Below are positions 38,625 through 49,528 of a stretch of 64,000 bases of DNA, piece by piece. Numbering within the stretch: the stretch's first letter is position 1; the number at the start of each line of letters is the position of its first letter. The stretch comes from a virus. The position numbers and the translations under genes were made by a program. The notes below the pieces were generated by a model. The model was not told the DNA's origin. It saw only the letters and a program-made list of their open reading frames with translations, and did not search any database. The DNA lies in the IMG/VR virus record IMGVR_UViG_3300033144_003744, positions 22,904 through 86,903 of that record; one strand, written 5' to 3'.

Positions 38625-39388
38625 TGCCATCACCAGATAGTCCAGATAGAGAGACTTTAATAGGTCTTGGGGATATTAATGATCATGAAGTATTTTCAGA
38701 ATTTGCATATTGTGCGGATGTAGATGAAACTAGTTTAAAAATACTTAGTTCTAATTTAGCAATAGAGCAACCCGCCGCAGAAACACAAGTTACATTTGTA
38801 TCTGATAGTGTTGAAGATGATCTTACCAAAACAGGATTAGAACAACTAAAAATGACATATTTTAATGATACTTGGGTATTAAAAGAAGAAATAATAGAAC
38901 TAAATGGAACAGGTGCAAAGGATTCTGTTGCAACAGATGTTTATAGAATACAAGAAATAGATGCTATACAGAGAGGTTCAGCTGGCGGGGCAGTAGGAAC
39001 AATAACATGTAAAAAGAAAGGTGCTGCTAATCTTTATGCGGAAATAAAACCAGGAAGATCAATATTTGAAAGATTATTACATTATGTACCACCTGGAATG
39101 ATTGCAGTAATTACTGATATTTTTATTAGTGCAACAAAAACAACTGGTACGAAATTTGTGTTGATAGTAACTCAAGATTTTACAGATGATGGTGGAGAAA
39201 AATTATCTCTTGGTCTAGCACATGCACTTGCTGCATATGGTACTGGTTCAGTATGGATGCCGAATTTACCTTATGTTGTGGATGCAACTGGTTGGACTCG
39301 TGGTAGAACTATAGCAATAGCAGTACAAGGTATTGCGGCAGACCAGGACGCATCAGCTTCTATTAGATTTTATCAATACACACCATAG
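38624..39388 (+). CDS. putative virion structural protein
   Basis: 254 aa beta-rich protein in the late operon. Confidence 0.5.
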   Translation: MPSPDSPDRETLIGLGDINDHEVFSEFAYCADVDETSLKILSSNLAIEQPAAETQVTFVSDSVEDDLTKTGLEQLKMTYFNDTWVLKEEIIELNGTGAKDSVATDVYRIQEIDAIQRGSAGGAVGTITCKKKGAANLYAEIKPGRSIFERLLHYVPPGMIAVITDIFISATKTTGTKFVLIVTQDFTDDGGEKLSLGLAHALAAYGTGSVWMPNLPYVVDATGWTRGRTIAIAVQGIAADQDASASIRFYQYTP

Positions 39389-39554
39389 GTATTATTATGC
39401 CTAAACAAATAGACGAATGTGTTAAAAAGTTAGAAGATGAACCAGGAATAGAAAACCCATGGGCTTTATGTACTCATCAATACCAACAGAAAAAAAAGAA
39501 GAGAGAAAGAAGGAAGAATGCTTTTAGAACTAAGATGAAAGCAGTATTAAAAGG

Positions 39555-40103
39555 GTGATTATGTATCGTAAAAGTTTTTCAGCATATCATACGATAGTTG
39601 ATGGTTACAATTTCAATATAAATGTAGAAATATATTATACAGAAACAATAAAACATTGTTTTATTTTCACACCAAATAAAATGGTAAAAATACGTTGTAA
39701 AAGATATGGTGATGAAAATAGATATGAATTAAATAAAAGGGCAAGAGAAAAATATAAAAATAATCTGGAGCCTGAAAGAAAACGTCGTAAAAAATATTAT
39801 TTAAATAATAAAGATAAATCATATCAAGCATATAAAAAATGGTGTGAAAAAAATCCTGAAAAATATAGAATTAATAAATTAAATAATTATAATAATCGTA
39901 AAGAATGGGGCATTAGTCCAATAAATGATTGGTTTAAAGGGTCTTATTTTCATCATCTTCACATAAATAATGATAAATCAATCGGTATTTATATACCTGC
40001 TGAATTACATAAATCTATATGGCATAGTTATAATAATATAAATACAATGAATAAAATTAATAAATTAGCTTTTGAATGGTTAATAATACAGGAGAAAAAA
40101 TAA
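39555..40103 (+). CDS. His-Me finger (HNH-like) homing endonuclease
   Basis: FHHLHINNDKSIGIYIPAELHKSIWH; close paralog of 3460..4035. Confidence 0.8.
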   Translation: MIMYRKSFSAYHTIVDGYNFNINVEIYYTETIKHCFIFTPNKMVKIRCKRYGDENRYELNKRAREKYKNNLEPERKRRKKYYLNNKDKSYQAYKKWCEKNPEKYRINKLNNYNNRKEWGISPINDWFKGSYFHHLHINNDKSIGIYIPAELHKSIWHSYNNINTMNKINKLAFEWLIIQEKK

Positions 40104-40136
40104 TATGATAAAAAATAATTTGGGTTGTGATTTATA

Positions 40137-40715
40137 ATGGCTGCTCCAACAACTGTTTTTAGAACATGGCCGATTACAATTGCAACTACCGCAGTTGACA
40201 CAGCAGCAGAAAGGCTTGCAGCTATAGCTGGTGAATCCAGTGTAAGTACAGGAGCAGGAAATGAATTAGATTTTGGAACAATAGACATATCAGGTGGAGC
40301 AGCGGATAGTGCGGTAAAGATGCTTATGTGGGGAGTTACAGCAGATGGTGGTAACACAACTGTAGAGACATTTAAGTTCTGGTTATCCAGTAATGGTTTT
40401 GATCAGGCAGGTACTGTAGTTAAGTTTCAACCCATATCTGGAGCAGATCAAGGGGGTCCCTCTGATACAGAAAATTATATTCAGAATGCAACTACGGGCT
40501 CTTATACCTGGGCAACCTTGGATGAATCTGAACCAGGCGCACAAAATGTATATCCATCAGATGAGGGTAGCTCAATGGCACTCAGCACCGCAGCAGATGA
40601 TACTATAATGATAGCATTATATGTTGCAGTGGCAGATTCAGAGACTACGGGCACTTTCAAAGGAACTGATGCAGGTTATGAATTCCAATATTCTTTCAAG
40701 TATAGCTATAGTTAG
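40137..40715 (+). CDS. putative virion structural protein
   Basis: T/A/G-rich beta protein ending YSFKYSYS. Confidence 0.55.
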   Translation: MAAPTTVFRTWPITIATTAVDTAAERLAAIAGESSVSTGAGNELDFGTIDISGGAADSAVKMLMWGVTADGGNTTVETFKFWLSSNGFDQAGTVVKFQPISGADQGGPSDTENYIQNATTGSYTWATLDESEPGAQNVYPSDEGSSMALSTAADDTIMIALYVAVADSETTGTFKGTDAGYEFQYSFKYSYS

Positions 40716-41073
40716 GCACTTAGATAACGAGTATAGACGCAGATGGGAATTATATTACACACCAGATAAGGTCTATGATAGCCGTGAAGTCAATTGGAAA
40801 GATATACCAAGAGATAAAGTCTATAATATAGAAGCTTATATAGAAGGTCAGGTATATGCAGTAGATAATTATTCTCCTGGCTTTATGTCATTTATTCGTT
40901 GGAGATTTGGTGGACAAGAGTGGATAGATGGGATATTACATAAGATTAATATTTGGTGTGTAGGCTGGACTGATGGAGTAACATGTTTTATGAAAGAGAT
41001 ACAGTTCAAGGATGGAAGTATGACTGAGAAGGAATATCCTTATGAAGATTTTAAGAAACATTTAGACAGGTGA
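40621..41073 (+). CDS. hypothetical protein (start uncertain)
   Basis: ORF partly overlapping the upstream gene. Confidence 0.45.
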   Translation: MLQWQIQRLRALSKELMQVMNSNILSSIAIVRHLDNEYRRRWELYYTPDKVYDSREVNWKDIPRDKVYNIEAYIEGQVYAVDNYSPGFMSFIRWRFGGQEWIDGILHKINIWCVGWTDGVTCFMKEIQFKDGSMTEKEYPYEDFKKHLDR

Positions 41074-41080
41074 ATAACAT

Positions 41081-42970
41081 ATGAAATTTACAATAATAAC
41101 GTTTCTGCTTATGCTTATGATGTGTAGCATAGCAGCCGGATTACCCTCTACTTATGATGGTAGAGAATTAGGATATACGACAGATGTTAAAAATCAAGGA
41201 AATTGTGGTTGTTGTAATTCATTCACAGTAATAGCAATGTTAGAGACTGCGATACTACGCAACCATGGCGCAACATATGACCTATCAGAAGAGCATGCCA
41301 AAGAGTGCTCTTATCAAGCAAGAACAAGCTCAGCAGGTGGATGCAATGGTGGCACAGACCGGATGATCATTAACCTACTAACACAGAAAGGGGCTGTGCT
41401 TGAATCAGATGAAAAATATTCTCCACAGGATAACAGATGTGATCTACGTGATGAGCCAGTTATAAGAGTCACAGATTGGGCGATTCTCTCAAAAGACAAC
41501 CCCGCATCTATCAATATCATAAAACAAAACATAATGGATCATGGGTCAGTGTATTCAGTTATAAACCAAAATTGTTTATCAAAATCATACGATGGAAAAA
41601 GTGTAATAAAGACAAGATCGAATCGCTGGAATGGGCATTCGGTTCTTATTGTTGGATGGGATGATTCAAAGAATGCATGGATTGTAAAAAACTCCTGGGG
41701 TACAGACTGGGGAGATGAAGGATATGGGTATGTAGGTTATGGGATCGCAGGGATCGGCACATGGTCAAGTGTAATCACAGGGTACGAGTTAGTAGATCCA
41801 ATATCAAGGACATTGTACCATGATGAAGGCGGTTGGACTAAGGATATGGGTTTTGTCTATAATCGTGCTTATGGCCGAATGAAGGTTGAGTATAATGTTG
41901 GATTAAGATTAATAACAGACATTGAATTTTGGACGACTGGACCGGCTGAAAATGTTGACTTGTATATCTATGATGATTATTTCGGTGACTACAGTAGGTG
42001 TGGGAACTTACTTGCTAAAGTTCAAGACTTGAAATTTGATCACGCAGGATACCATTCAATAGAATTAAAAGAACCTATTAGATCAAATACCGGTAAAGCT
42101 GTTATAACTTCTCATTTCATTAATGCACCCGGTGACGCTCGGTATCATCCGTTAGCTATCGATTCAGACGGGCCGTTTAGTACAAAAACATGGATGAAAC
42201 AAAATTTAGGTGATCGTTGGTTCTACCCAGGAGAATGGGCTGATAGAACACCCCATGCATACACAAGAATGGGTGACTCTACACTCCGGCTAACAGTTGA
42301 CAACGGTGGGTACTCGTTCAATAGGATAAAAATAGATGCAAAAGGAAGTACAACCATATCTGTGAAAGATACCATTCAATTTTCTGCCACAAACTGCGGT
42401 CCTGAAGAATGGAAAGTAAGTAATACGATGAAAGGAGAAATCACCCCTGGCGGATTATTTACCGCTAAAAAAGAAGGTACAGTTCTTGTCACAGTGATAT
42501 CATGTGGGGTAATTAGCAACCCGATAAAGGTTGTGATCGGTAAAGTCTCAAGAGAGGAAAAAAAGACTGAAAAAGACACCAAAAAAACATATGTAGGAGA
42601 TCCAGGTGAAAAATACAAAACAAGATATATATATTACTACAACTCCTATCAAAAATACACTGAAGAATATAATATGTTTAAAGCTTCCGAAAAAGTATAT
42701 CGGGATAGTTTGAACAGGGAAGAGATGGAAGCCAAATTAAAGGCATATCAAGAAAAGAACCCGGATATGAATGTTCCAAGTTATGATGAGATCGCTGAGG
42801 TAATGGTTGCAGGTGATAAGAGAAAAGCACAGACTGCAAAAGATAAAGCAGATGCAGCCTATCAGAACTATATTAAATACAAACAAAAGTATAATAATTG
42901 TAATAGAGATGTAGATGTACAAGAAAAAGACAAACGACCAGATAAGCGAGACAGATCCAAGGTGAAATAG
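41081..42970 (+). CDS. secreted papain-like (C1A) cysteine peptidase with lectin-like and Ig-like domains
   Basis: signal peptide; QGNCGCCNSF, GHSVLIVGW, KNSWG; AGYHSIEL lectin-like region; ITPGGLFTA Ig-like region. Confidence 0.88.
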   Translation: MKFTIITFLLMLMMCSIAAGLPSTYDGRELGYTTDVKNQGNCGCCNSFTVIAMLETAILRNHGATYDLSEEHAKECSYQARTSSAGGCNGGTDRMIINLLTQKGAVLESDEKYSPQDNRCDLRDEPVIRVTDWAILSKDNPASINIIKQNIMDHGSVYSVINQNCLSKSYDGKSVIKTRSNRWNGHSVLIVGWDDSKNAWIVKNSWGTDWGDEGYGYVGYGIAGIGTWSSVITGYELVDPISRTLYHDEGGWTKDMGFVYNRAYGRMKVEYNVGLRLITDIEFWTTGPAENVDLYIYDDYFGDYSRCGNLLAKVQDLKFDHAGYHSIELKEPIRSNTGKAVITSHFINAPGDARYHPLAIDSDGPFSTKTWMKQNLGDRWFYPGEWADRTPHAYTRMGDSTLRLTVDNGGYSFNRIKIDAKGSTTISVKDTIQFSATNCGPEEWKVSNTMKGEITPGGLFTAKKEGTVLVTVISCGVISNPIKVVIGKVSREEKKTEKDTKKTYVGDPGEKYKTRYIYYYNSYQKYTEEYNMFKASEKVYRDSLNREEMEAKLKAYQEKNPDMNVPSYDEIAEVMVAGDKRKAQTAKDKADAAYQNYIKYKQKYNNCNRDVDVQEKDKRPDKRDRSKVK

Positions 42971-43336
42971 ATGACAAACTACCATATACGAGAAATAGAT
43001 ATAAAACTTAAGACAGTAAGCACAGTATTTCATATACCGATACCAGCAACAAATAATGATGTAGGTGTGAGTTGGCAGGCGGCTTTAGTGCTTAGTTTAG
43101 GTGGTGCCGATGCAATATCAAGCGTATTGACAGACATCACGCCAGAGGAAGAGTCAGCTATGAAAGCAGGGAGTATCTTTGAGAATATTGCTACTGTACG
43201 ATTCAGTAGCACTAACTTGACCAATGCGCAGAGATTGGACGAGGTTAAAGCAGCGTATACTGCGGCATCGTCAGAAGTACTTGCAGATAAGCAGGTGACT
43301 TTAAACTTCTATGGTAAGTCAGGGGATGTGAGCTAA
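42971..43336 (+). CDS. putative virion protein
   Basis: 121 aa in the fibre block. Confidence 0.5.
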   Translation: MTNYHIREIDIKLKTVSTVFHIPIPATNNDVGVSWQAALVLSLGGADAISSVLTDITPEEESAMKAGSIFENIATVRFSSTNLTNAQRLDEVKAAYTAASSEVLADKQVTLNFYGKSGDVS

Positions 43337-43337
43337 C

Positions 43338-43799
43338 ATGGGAAATAGCACATACATTGCACCAGCAGTCCAGGGTACTGAAACACTCATGAGTACTGAT
43401 CTGAACTCACTTGCAGATGATACGGTTAATGTGGGTGCAGTACTCCCGGACAATACATCTAACAGGTTTTTCTACGCTGAGTTTGAGCTTTATCTGGCAT
43501 CTGTAGATTTATCAGCACAGAACAATCCGGGGGTAGAATTATACATGGTACCGAGCTACGACGGTACGAACTACGCAGATGTAGGTACAGATGCAAGTGC
43601 TACAGTCTACCCACCCACTCAGTATCTTGTGGCTGTACTTGGTGTTGCAGAGACCAGCGCAGTACACCGGGCAGTATCACCACATGTGATGATTGATCCT
43701 TTGAAATATACTCCAGTTGTCATAAATAAGACAGGTGCAGCGTTAGCAGGAACAGGGAATGTTCTTAAGAGCAAATACTATACTGTGACCACAGCATGA
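43338..43799 (+). CDS. putative virion protein (jelly-roll-like)
   Basis: 153 aa, SYDGTNY motif. Confidence 0.5.
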   Translation: MGNSTYIAPAVQGTETLMSTDLNSLADDTVNVGAVLPDNTSNRFFYAEFELYLASVDLSAQNNPGVELYMVPSYDGTNYADVGTDASATVYPPTQYLVAVLGVAETSAVHRAVSPHVMIDPLKYTPVVINKTGAALAGTGNVLKSKYYTVTTA

Positions 43800-45478
43800 T
43801 AACCCCACAACAACTCCGGAACCCACAGGTTAAGCCTAAGTGGCAGTTACCCGTGGGTGTCATGGAATCGGTAGTTGCCTTCAATTGCCGTAAGTATGGC
43901 ATGCCACGGCCAGTGTTAGCCATGCCTCTGTGGGAGGGTGCGGGAAATCGTGCGCTTGATTTGAGTGGACATGGAAATCATGGGGCACTAAATGGGCCAG
44001 ACTGGGTGGCTGATGGGTTGGATTTTAATAGTAGTAATAGTGATTATGTAAATTGTGGGGACAATGATAGCCAAATCATTACTGACGAAATTACTTTTGT
44101 AAGCTATTTAAATCATAGTGTGAGTGCCAATCATGGATTAATTTCAAAAAAATCAGCCAGTGAATGGGATACAAAAGGATATTCTATACATATAGATAAT
44201 TCAAATCATGTTTTTGTCAGGCTTAATGAAGTATATTCAATTTCATCAGATACCGTACCACCCACGACAAAAAGATGTGTCGCTGGTACATGGAAAAAAG
44301 GAGGCACGATTGATCTTTTTATTGATGGGGTTGAAGTATCATATACAAATCATAATACCCTTTCAGATGATATTGTAGATTCAACCGATAATTTAAAAAT
44401 CGGAGTGTATTATAATGTCAGATATTTCGATGGTATTATTTATAATACACTAATATTCAACACTGCCCTCTCCGCAGCACAAGTAAAGTTCCTCTACGAA
44501 AACCCATACTTCATGTATGAAATCCCAGAAGAACTATACGGCTATGTATCAGCAGTAGGCGATACAGCAACAAACCTATTACACGGTAAAATAATTATAA
44601 AAGATTCATCCATCATACTTGTAGACGGTCTTGTAAAAGTCAAAGATATAAGCACAGACCTATTCGACGGCGAACTAAAAGTTATTGAAAAGGTAACCAG
44701 TCTTGCAGATGGAAAACTCCAAGTGAAAGATAGTGCAACATCACTTGCAGACGGATTAATTCAAATAAATGATGAGGAAACTAACTTATTAGATGGAAAG
44801 ATAATATTATCTAATATTTCAACAATTCTTATAGATGGTAAACTTCGAATAAAAGATGTAACCACTAACTTATCTGATGGGTTAATAAAAATTAAAGATA
44901 GTATAATAAATATAATAGATGGTAAAATTATAGTTGAAGTAATTGGTAGCACTAGTATACTTGCTGATGGTAAATTAAAAATTAAAGATGTAACCACTAA
45001 CTTATCTGATGGTAAACTAAAGATAATAGAAAGGGTAACTTCACTTATTGATGGAAAGATTATATTAAAAGATGTAACAACTGGAATAGCTGATGGTAAA
45101 GTTATAATAAAGAATACTACAATAAAAGTAGTGGATGGGTTAATTAATATAAAGAATAGTATTACACCACTTGTAGATGGTAAAATAATAATAGGAAATA
45201 TAGGAACTAATTTAGTTGATGGTTCTATTAAAATAAAAAACTTTACTACTAATTTACTTGATGGTAAAACCATTATTAAATCCATTGCAACTATACTTGT
45301 AGATGGTAAACTTAAGATAGGTAATTTTGTAACGAATCTATTAGATGGGAAGATAATAATAGAAAGTGCACAAGTTTACGAAGATATAAATTTAACATCA
45401 ACATTTGATAAAACAATAAGTATGACTTCTGAATTTGATAAAACAATAGATATAACATCGGGATTTGATTTCGTATGA
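43796..45478 (+). CDS. LamG/ConA-like domain fibre protein with about 19 14-aa repeats
   Basis: DLSGHGNHG, LFIDG, FDGII..IFNTALS; TxLxDGKxxIKx repeats. Confidence 0.8.
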   Translation: MITPQQLRNPQVKPKWQLPVGVMESVVAFNCRKYGMPRPVLAMPLWEGAGNRALDLSGHGNHGALNGPDWVADGLDFNSSNSDYVNCGDNDSQIITDEITFVSYLNHSVSANHGLISKKSASEWDTKGYSIHIDNSNHVFVRLNEVYSISSDTVPPTTKRCVAGTWKKGGTIDLFIDGVEVSYTNHNTLSDDIVDSTDNLKIGVYYNVRYFDGIIYNTLIFNTALSAAQVKFLYENPYFMYEIPEELYGYVSAVGDTATNLLHGKIIIKDSSIILVDGLVKVKDISTDLFDGELKVIEKVTSLADGKLQVKDSATSLADGLIQINDEETNLLDGKIILSNISTILIDGKLRIKDVTTNLSDGLIKIKDSIINIIDGKIIVEVIGSTSILADGKLKIKDVTTNLSDGKLKIIERVTSLIDGKIILKDVTTGIADGKVIIKNTTIKVVDGLINIKNSITPLVDGKIIIGNIGTNLVDGSIKIKNFTTNLLDGKTIIKSIATILVDGKLKIGNFVTNLLDGKIIIESAQVYEDINLTSTFDKTISMTSEFDKTIDITSGFDFV

Positions 45479-45756
45479 GTAGACATTATATAGGAGAGAT
45501 AGGTACAGTAATAACAGTTAATTGTGGAGAAAATATTTCTACAGCAACAAACACAAAAATAAAAGTTAAAAAACCAGATGGCACTGAAGTGGAATGGACA
45601 GCATCTATATATAATACAAATTATTTACAATATACAATTATAGATGGTGATTTTAATCAATATGGAGAATATATTATTCAATCTTCATTAACAATTTCTG
45701 GATGGACAGGACTTGGGGATGCTGATTCATTTATGATATATAATAAATATGTATAA
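45475..45756 (+). CDS. small Ig-like (BppU N-terminal-like) adaptor
   Basis: IGT.ITV...KKPDG...W.A...YTI..GD....G.Y. Confidence 0.6.
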   Translation: MSRHYIGEIGTVITVNCGENISTATNTKIKVKKPDGTEVEWTASIYNTNYLQYTIIDGDFNQYGEYIIQSSLTISGWTGLGDADSFMIYNKYV

Positions 45757-45773
45757 TTTAGGAGATTTAAAAA

Positions 45774-46100
45774 ATGGTGGCTAAATCTCATAAAATAGAT
45801 ATTAAAATAGGTTTGCCAACAAGGGTATTCGAGCAAGGAGAAACTGTACCAATTACAACATATGCATATAATTTAGATAATGACCTTATGGATCAAGATA
45901 ATTTAACAGTTACTATAAATAAATTAGATGGTACAGAAGTAGTAAATGATTTAATGATACATACCTCTATAGGCACTTATTTTTATAAATACAAATTAGA
46001 TTCTGATGTAGATTTGGGTATTTGGACAGTAAAGGTAGAATCAGTAAATGGCACTATTAAGAAAATTAAAAATGATTTTTTTAAGATTGTTAGTACTTAA
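45774..46100 (+). CDS. small Ig-like virion protein, paralog of 49529
   Basis: FEQGETV...QDNLTVTINK.DGTE...G.WTV.V...NDFFKIV. Confidence 0.6.
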   Translation: MVAKSHKIDIKIGLPTRVFEQGETVPITTYAYNLDNDLMDQDNLTVTINKLDGTEVVNDLMIHTSIGTYFYKYKLDSDVDLGIWTVKVESVNGTIKKIKNDFFKIVST

Positions 46101-46129
46101 AATTTTTAAAAATATATAAAGGAGAAATA

Positions 46130-48757
46130 ATGACTGATCAAGTGGCCAATTTTATAATGGGAACAGTATCTACTGGATATGATGATGTAGCAATTACAAT
46201 AGTATTAGATTCTGGTCATGGTTTTCCCGACCCATCCGGTGATAATTATAACGTAGTATGGTGGAACAGTACCAACTTTTCCAATCCATCTGATGATCCA
46301 AATGTAGAAATAGTGCGAGTAACTGCAAAATCTTCTGATACACTTACGATAACTAGGGCACAGGAAAGTACTGCTGCAACTACCAAAAATACATTTGGTG
46401 TTATTTATAAAATGATTCTTGGCCCTACAGCCAAAACCATAACAGATTTAGTAGCAGATACAACTACTGTTGGTGCTGGATTAACAACTCATATGTCTGA
46501 TACTAGTACTCATGGAGTAGCAGAAATAGCAAATGTTGCAACAGTAAGTGCAGAAATAGATAATGATATTACTACTCATGCAGCACTTGGTGATGCCCAT
46601 CATACAGAATCCCATACAGTAGTTTCTCATTCAGATACTACAGCAACTGGTGCAGAGTTAGAAACATTGACTGATGGAAGTGATGCAGATGCATTACATG
46701 CACATGCTATAAATGATGCTAAAGTTACAAATGCCACTCATACAGGAGATGTAACTGGAGAGGCCGCTTTAACAATAGGTGCTGATAAAGTAAATGATAC
46801 TCATATAGATTGGGGAACTGGTGCTAATCAAGTTAGTGCTGTAGATGTACCCATAGCTGATTCTGGAGCAATAATTACAGCTACTGAAGTTGAAGGTGCG
46901 TTACAAGAACATAGAACTGCTATTGACTTAAATACAGCAAAAGATACTAATATATCCACTGTATTAAGTGTAGGAACAGTTGGAGCAGACACAGTTGCTA
47001 TAACAAGTGATGGTGGTGCTGATGATGTTACTCTTCCAGCAGCTACTGTGGCCGCAGCTGGAATGCTTACAACAGCCAAATGGGCAGAAATAGTAGCAAA
47101 TAATGCTAAAGAAACTAATGTAACCCACACTGGTGAGGTTACTGGTTCTGGTGTTTTAACAATAGCTGCCGATGCTGTAACGTATGATAAAATGCAGGAT
47201 GTCACTTCTGGTGACAAAATACTTGGTAGGGTGACTGGTACTGGAGATGTACAGGAAATAGATTGTACTGCTGCCGCTAGAGCCTTTTTAAATGATACTG
47301 ATAATACAGCACAAAGAACAACATTAGATGTAGATCAAGCTGGAACAGATAATAGTACTGATGTTACCCTAAATGCCAGCGCAACAACTGGTGGATTATC
47401 ACTCATTGGACAAGAGATAAGTAATCGTGCAGCCACAAATTCACAAACAGGTTATATGACAGCTGCATTTGTTACTAATATTGAAACTAATAATGTAAAG
47501 AATACCAATGTATCAACTGCATTAAGTGTTGGAACAGTAAATACAACTACAGTATCAATAACCTCTGATGGTGGTGCTGATGATGTAACTTTACCATCAG
47601 CCACAAATGCCGCTGCAGGTGTAGCAACAGCAACTCAGATTACAAAGCTTGAAGGAATAGCTACAGGTGCTGATGTAACAGCAAACAATGCGCCACAAAC
47701 TCATGCAATGGCTACTCATACAGATGAAGGTGTATTAGCTACATTAAGTACTGTAGATACAACTCAGATAGATGCTGATGCAGTCACATATGCCAAAATG
47801 CAGAATGTAGTTAATGACGAACGTGTTCTCGGCAGAGTATCGGGTGCAAACGGGGTAGTGGAAGAACTCACAGCAGCTCAAGTTCTCACTATGATTAATG
47901 TAGAGGCTGCGGCTGATGTCACTGATGCGACCAATGTTGATTCTGCCGGTGCAGTCATGGAAAGTGATATTCTAAATCAATCATTTACAAATCTTCTTGT
48001 CAATGGTGACTTTGAATCATGGAGTGCAGGGGCTTCATCTGCCTCGGATAATTGGGTTTTTATTGGCAACACTGTGGCACGAGAAGATACTGAAATTAAA
48101 ATAGGCACACATAGTTGTAAATTAATTAACATAGACACCAATACATACGTGTATCAGATATTATCTGATTATATCAGATATCGTGGGCAGGTTATGTCTT
48201 TAAATGTGTGGGCCAAATGTAGCACTGGTAATTGTGCAAGGATATTAATTACTGATGGGGTTGCAAATAATTATTCAGATTATCATACAGGTGGTGGCGA
48301 TTGGGAACTTCTTACAACATCAAGCACCATTGATGCCTCGAATGATAGACTAAGGTTGTATTGTCGGTGTGAAGTGGCGGGAACCGGGTATTTTGACGGT
48401 GCGATCTTCACTGAGGGCTTAGTGTGTCCTGCATTCAGTCCTAAACCTCTGTCTGCAAACGATTTGACAATTCATATGCAAACACCACAGGTCTTAGACG
48501 GAGCCGGAGCTGTTGACGTCATATCAGATATCACTCACATTGATACTGATGGGGTGGATGCCTATACCCTAGTAGATGGAGCAGAGGGTCAAGAGAAGTT
48601 CGTTGTGATGACAGGAGATGATGGTGATGGAACTCTGACACCTACCAATCCCGGTAACTTTGCCACGCTAACTTTCAACGATGTTGGTGACAGTGCACAT
48701 CTATTATTCACAAATAGTGCATGGCATTTCATGGGTGGAACAGCAACGCTATCATAG
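46130..48757 (+). CDS. long fibre/adhesin protein with internal duplication and CBM-like domain
   Basis: EIVRVTA..TLTITRAQE N-terminus; duplicated SVGTV..ITSDGGADDVTLP and DAVTY.KMQ blocks; NLLVNGDFE domain. Confidence 0.75.
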   Translation: MTDQVANFIMGTVSTGYDDVAITIVLDSGHGFPDPSGDNYNVVWWNSTNFSNPSDDPNVEIVRVTAKSSDTLTITRAQESTAATTKNTFGVIYKMILGPTAKTITDLVADTTTVGAGLTTHMSDTSTHGVAEIANVATVSAEIDNDITTHAALGDAHHTESHTVVSHSDTTATGAELETLTDGSDADALHAHAINDAKVTNATHTGDVTGEAALTIGADKVNDTHIDWGTGANQVSAVDVPIADSGAIITATEVEGALQEHRTAIDLNTAKDTNISTVLSVGTVGADTVAITSDGGADDVTLPAATVAAAGMLTTAKWAEIVANNAKETNVTHTGEVTGSGVLTIAADAVTYDKMQDVTSGDKILGRVTGTGDVQEIDCTAAARAFLNDTDNTAQRTTLDVDQAGTDNSTDVTLNASATTGGLSLIGQEISNRAATNSQTGYMTAAFVTNIETNNVKNTNVSTALSVGTVNTTTVSITSDGGADDVTLPSATNAAAGVATATQITKLEGIATGADVTANNAPQTHAMATHTDEGVLATLSTVDTTQIDADAVTYAKMQNVVNDERVLGRVSGANGVVEELTAAQVLTMINVEAAADVTDATNVDSAGAVMESDILNQSFTNLLVNGDFESWSAGASSASDNWVFIGNTVAREDTEIKIGTHSCKLINIDTNTYVYQILSDYIRYRGQVMSLNVWAKCSTGNCARILITDGVANNYSDYHTGGGDWELLTTSSTIDASNDRLRLYCRCEVAGTGYFDGAIFTEGLVCPAFSPKPLSANDLTIHMQTPQVLDGAGAVDVISDITHIDTDGVDAYTLVDGAEGQEKFVVMTGDDGDGTLTPTNPGNFATLTFNDVGDSAHLLFTNSAWHFMGGTATLS

Positions 48758-48920
48758 GTGATTAATATGGAAAAATATATAATTGAATTATCACAAGAAC
48801 AATATGATACACTCTTAAATAGTCTACGGATGACTAATAATGAATTTGGAATTCAAGCATGTGTAAATTTGCGTAATAAACTCATAGAAAAACACGGCAA
48901 TCCATCATGGGAGTAGATAT

Positions 48921-49190
48921 ATGATTAAGAATGACAACAATACTCTATTCAATAAATGTATTGTGGAGACACCAGATGAATGGGGATCTAAATATAAATT
49001 ATATATTTCGCCGGAGTCTGATGATGGTCATAGAGGGATAGCAATTGCAAAAACAGAAAAAGAAGCAAAACAACTTGTGATTGCAAAATATGAATCGTTT
49101 GATAGATCACTACAAACAAAAGAAGATATCAATTGTGGAGATGTCATCGAGTTACCAATTGAAAAGTATGGTAATTATTGTTGGGGATAA
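48921..49190 (+). CDS. hypothetical protein
   Basis: 89 aa ORF. Confidence 0.5.
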   Translation: MIKNDNNTLFNKCIVETPDEWGSKYKLYISPESDDGHRGIAIAKTEKEAKQLVIAKYESFDRSLQTKEDINCGDVIELPIEKYGNYCWG

Positions 49191-49528
49191 ATAATATAAT
49201 AATATTAGATAGTAGTTTATATGGATTTTTGGTATACAGATTATTGTACAATACTAATTTAGCCATAATAAAACGATATATTTAAATGATTTATAACATT
49301 TTATAATGCAGAACTATAACACTATCTTAAAATTATTAAAACCAGAATAGGAGTTATAAATGTCTTTTGGAAGTTATAGTTATGGTTCATCATCTTACGG
49401 TGGTTTACCAGAAACTATTATAGATTATGAATATCCCGTCAAATTAAATGTTATTTTAAGATCAGTATATAAATTAGACCTTATTTTAAGACAGCCATTT
49501 AAAATAGATATAAATTTGAGGTAAACAC

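Noticed and set aside
44761-47217. Long antisense ORFs such as 44761..45285 and 46828..47217 (also 2459, 15472, 31890, 53363, 57888)
   Set aside because: They are shadows of real genes on the other strand, with no RBS and low-information translations.
43796-48757. Diversity-generating retroelement target in the fibre genes
   Set aside because: No reverse transcriptase and no adenine-specific template/variable repeat pair seen; the repeats are ordinary internal duplications.
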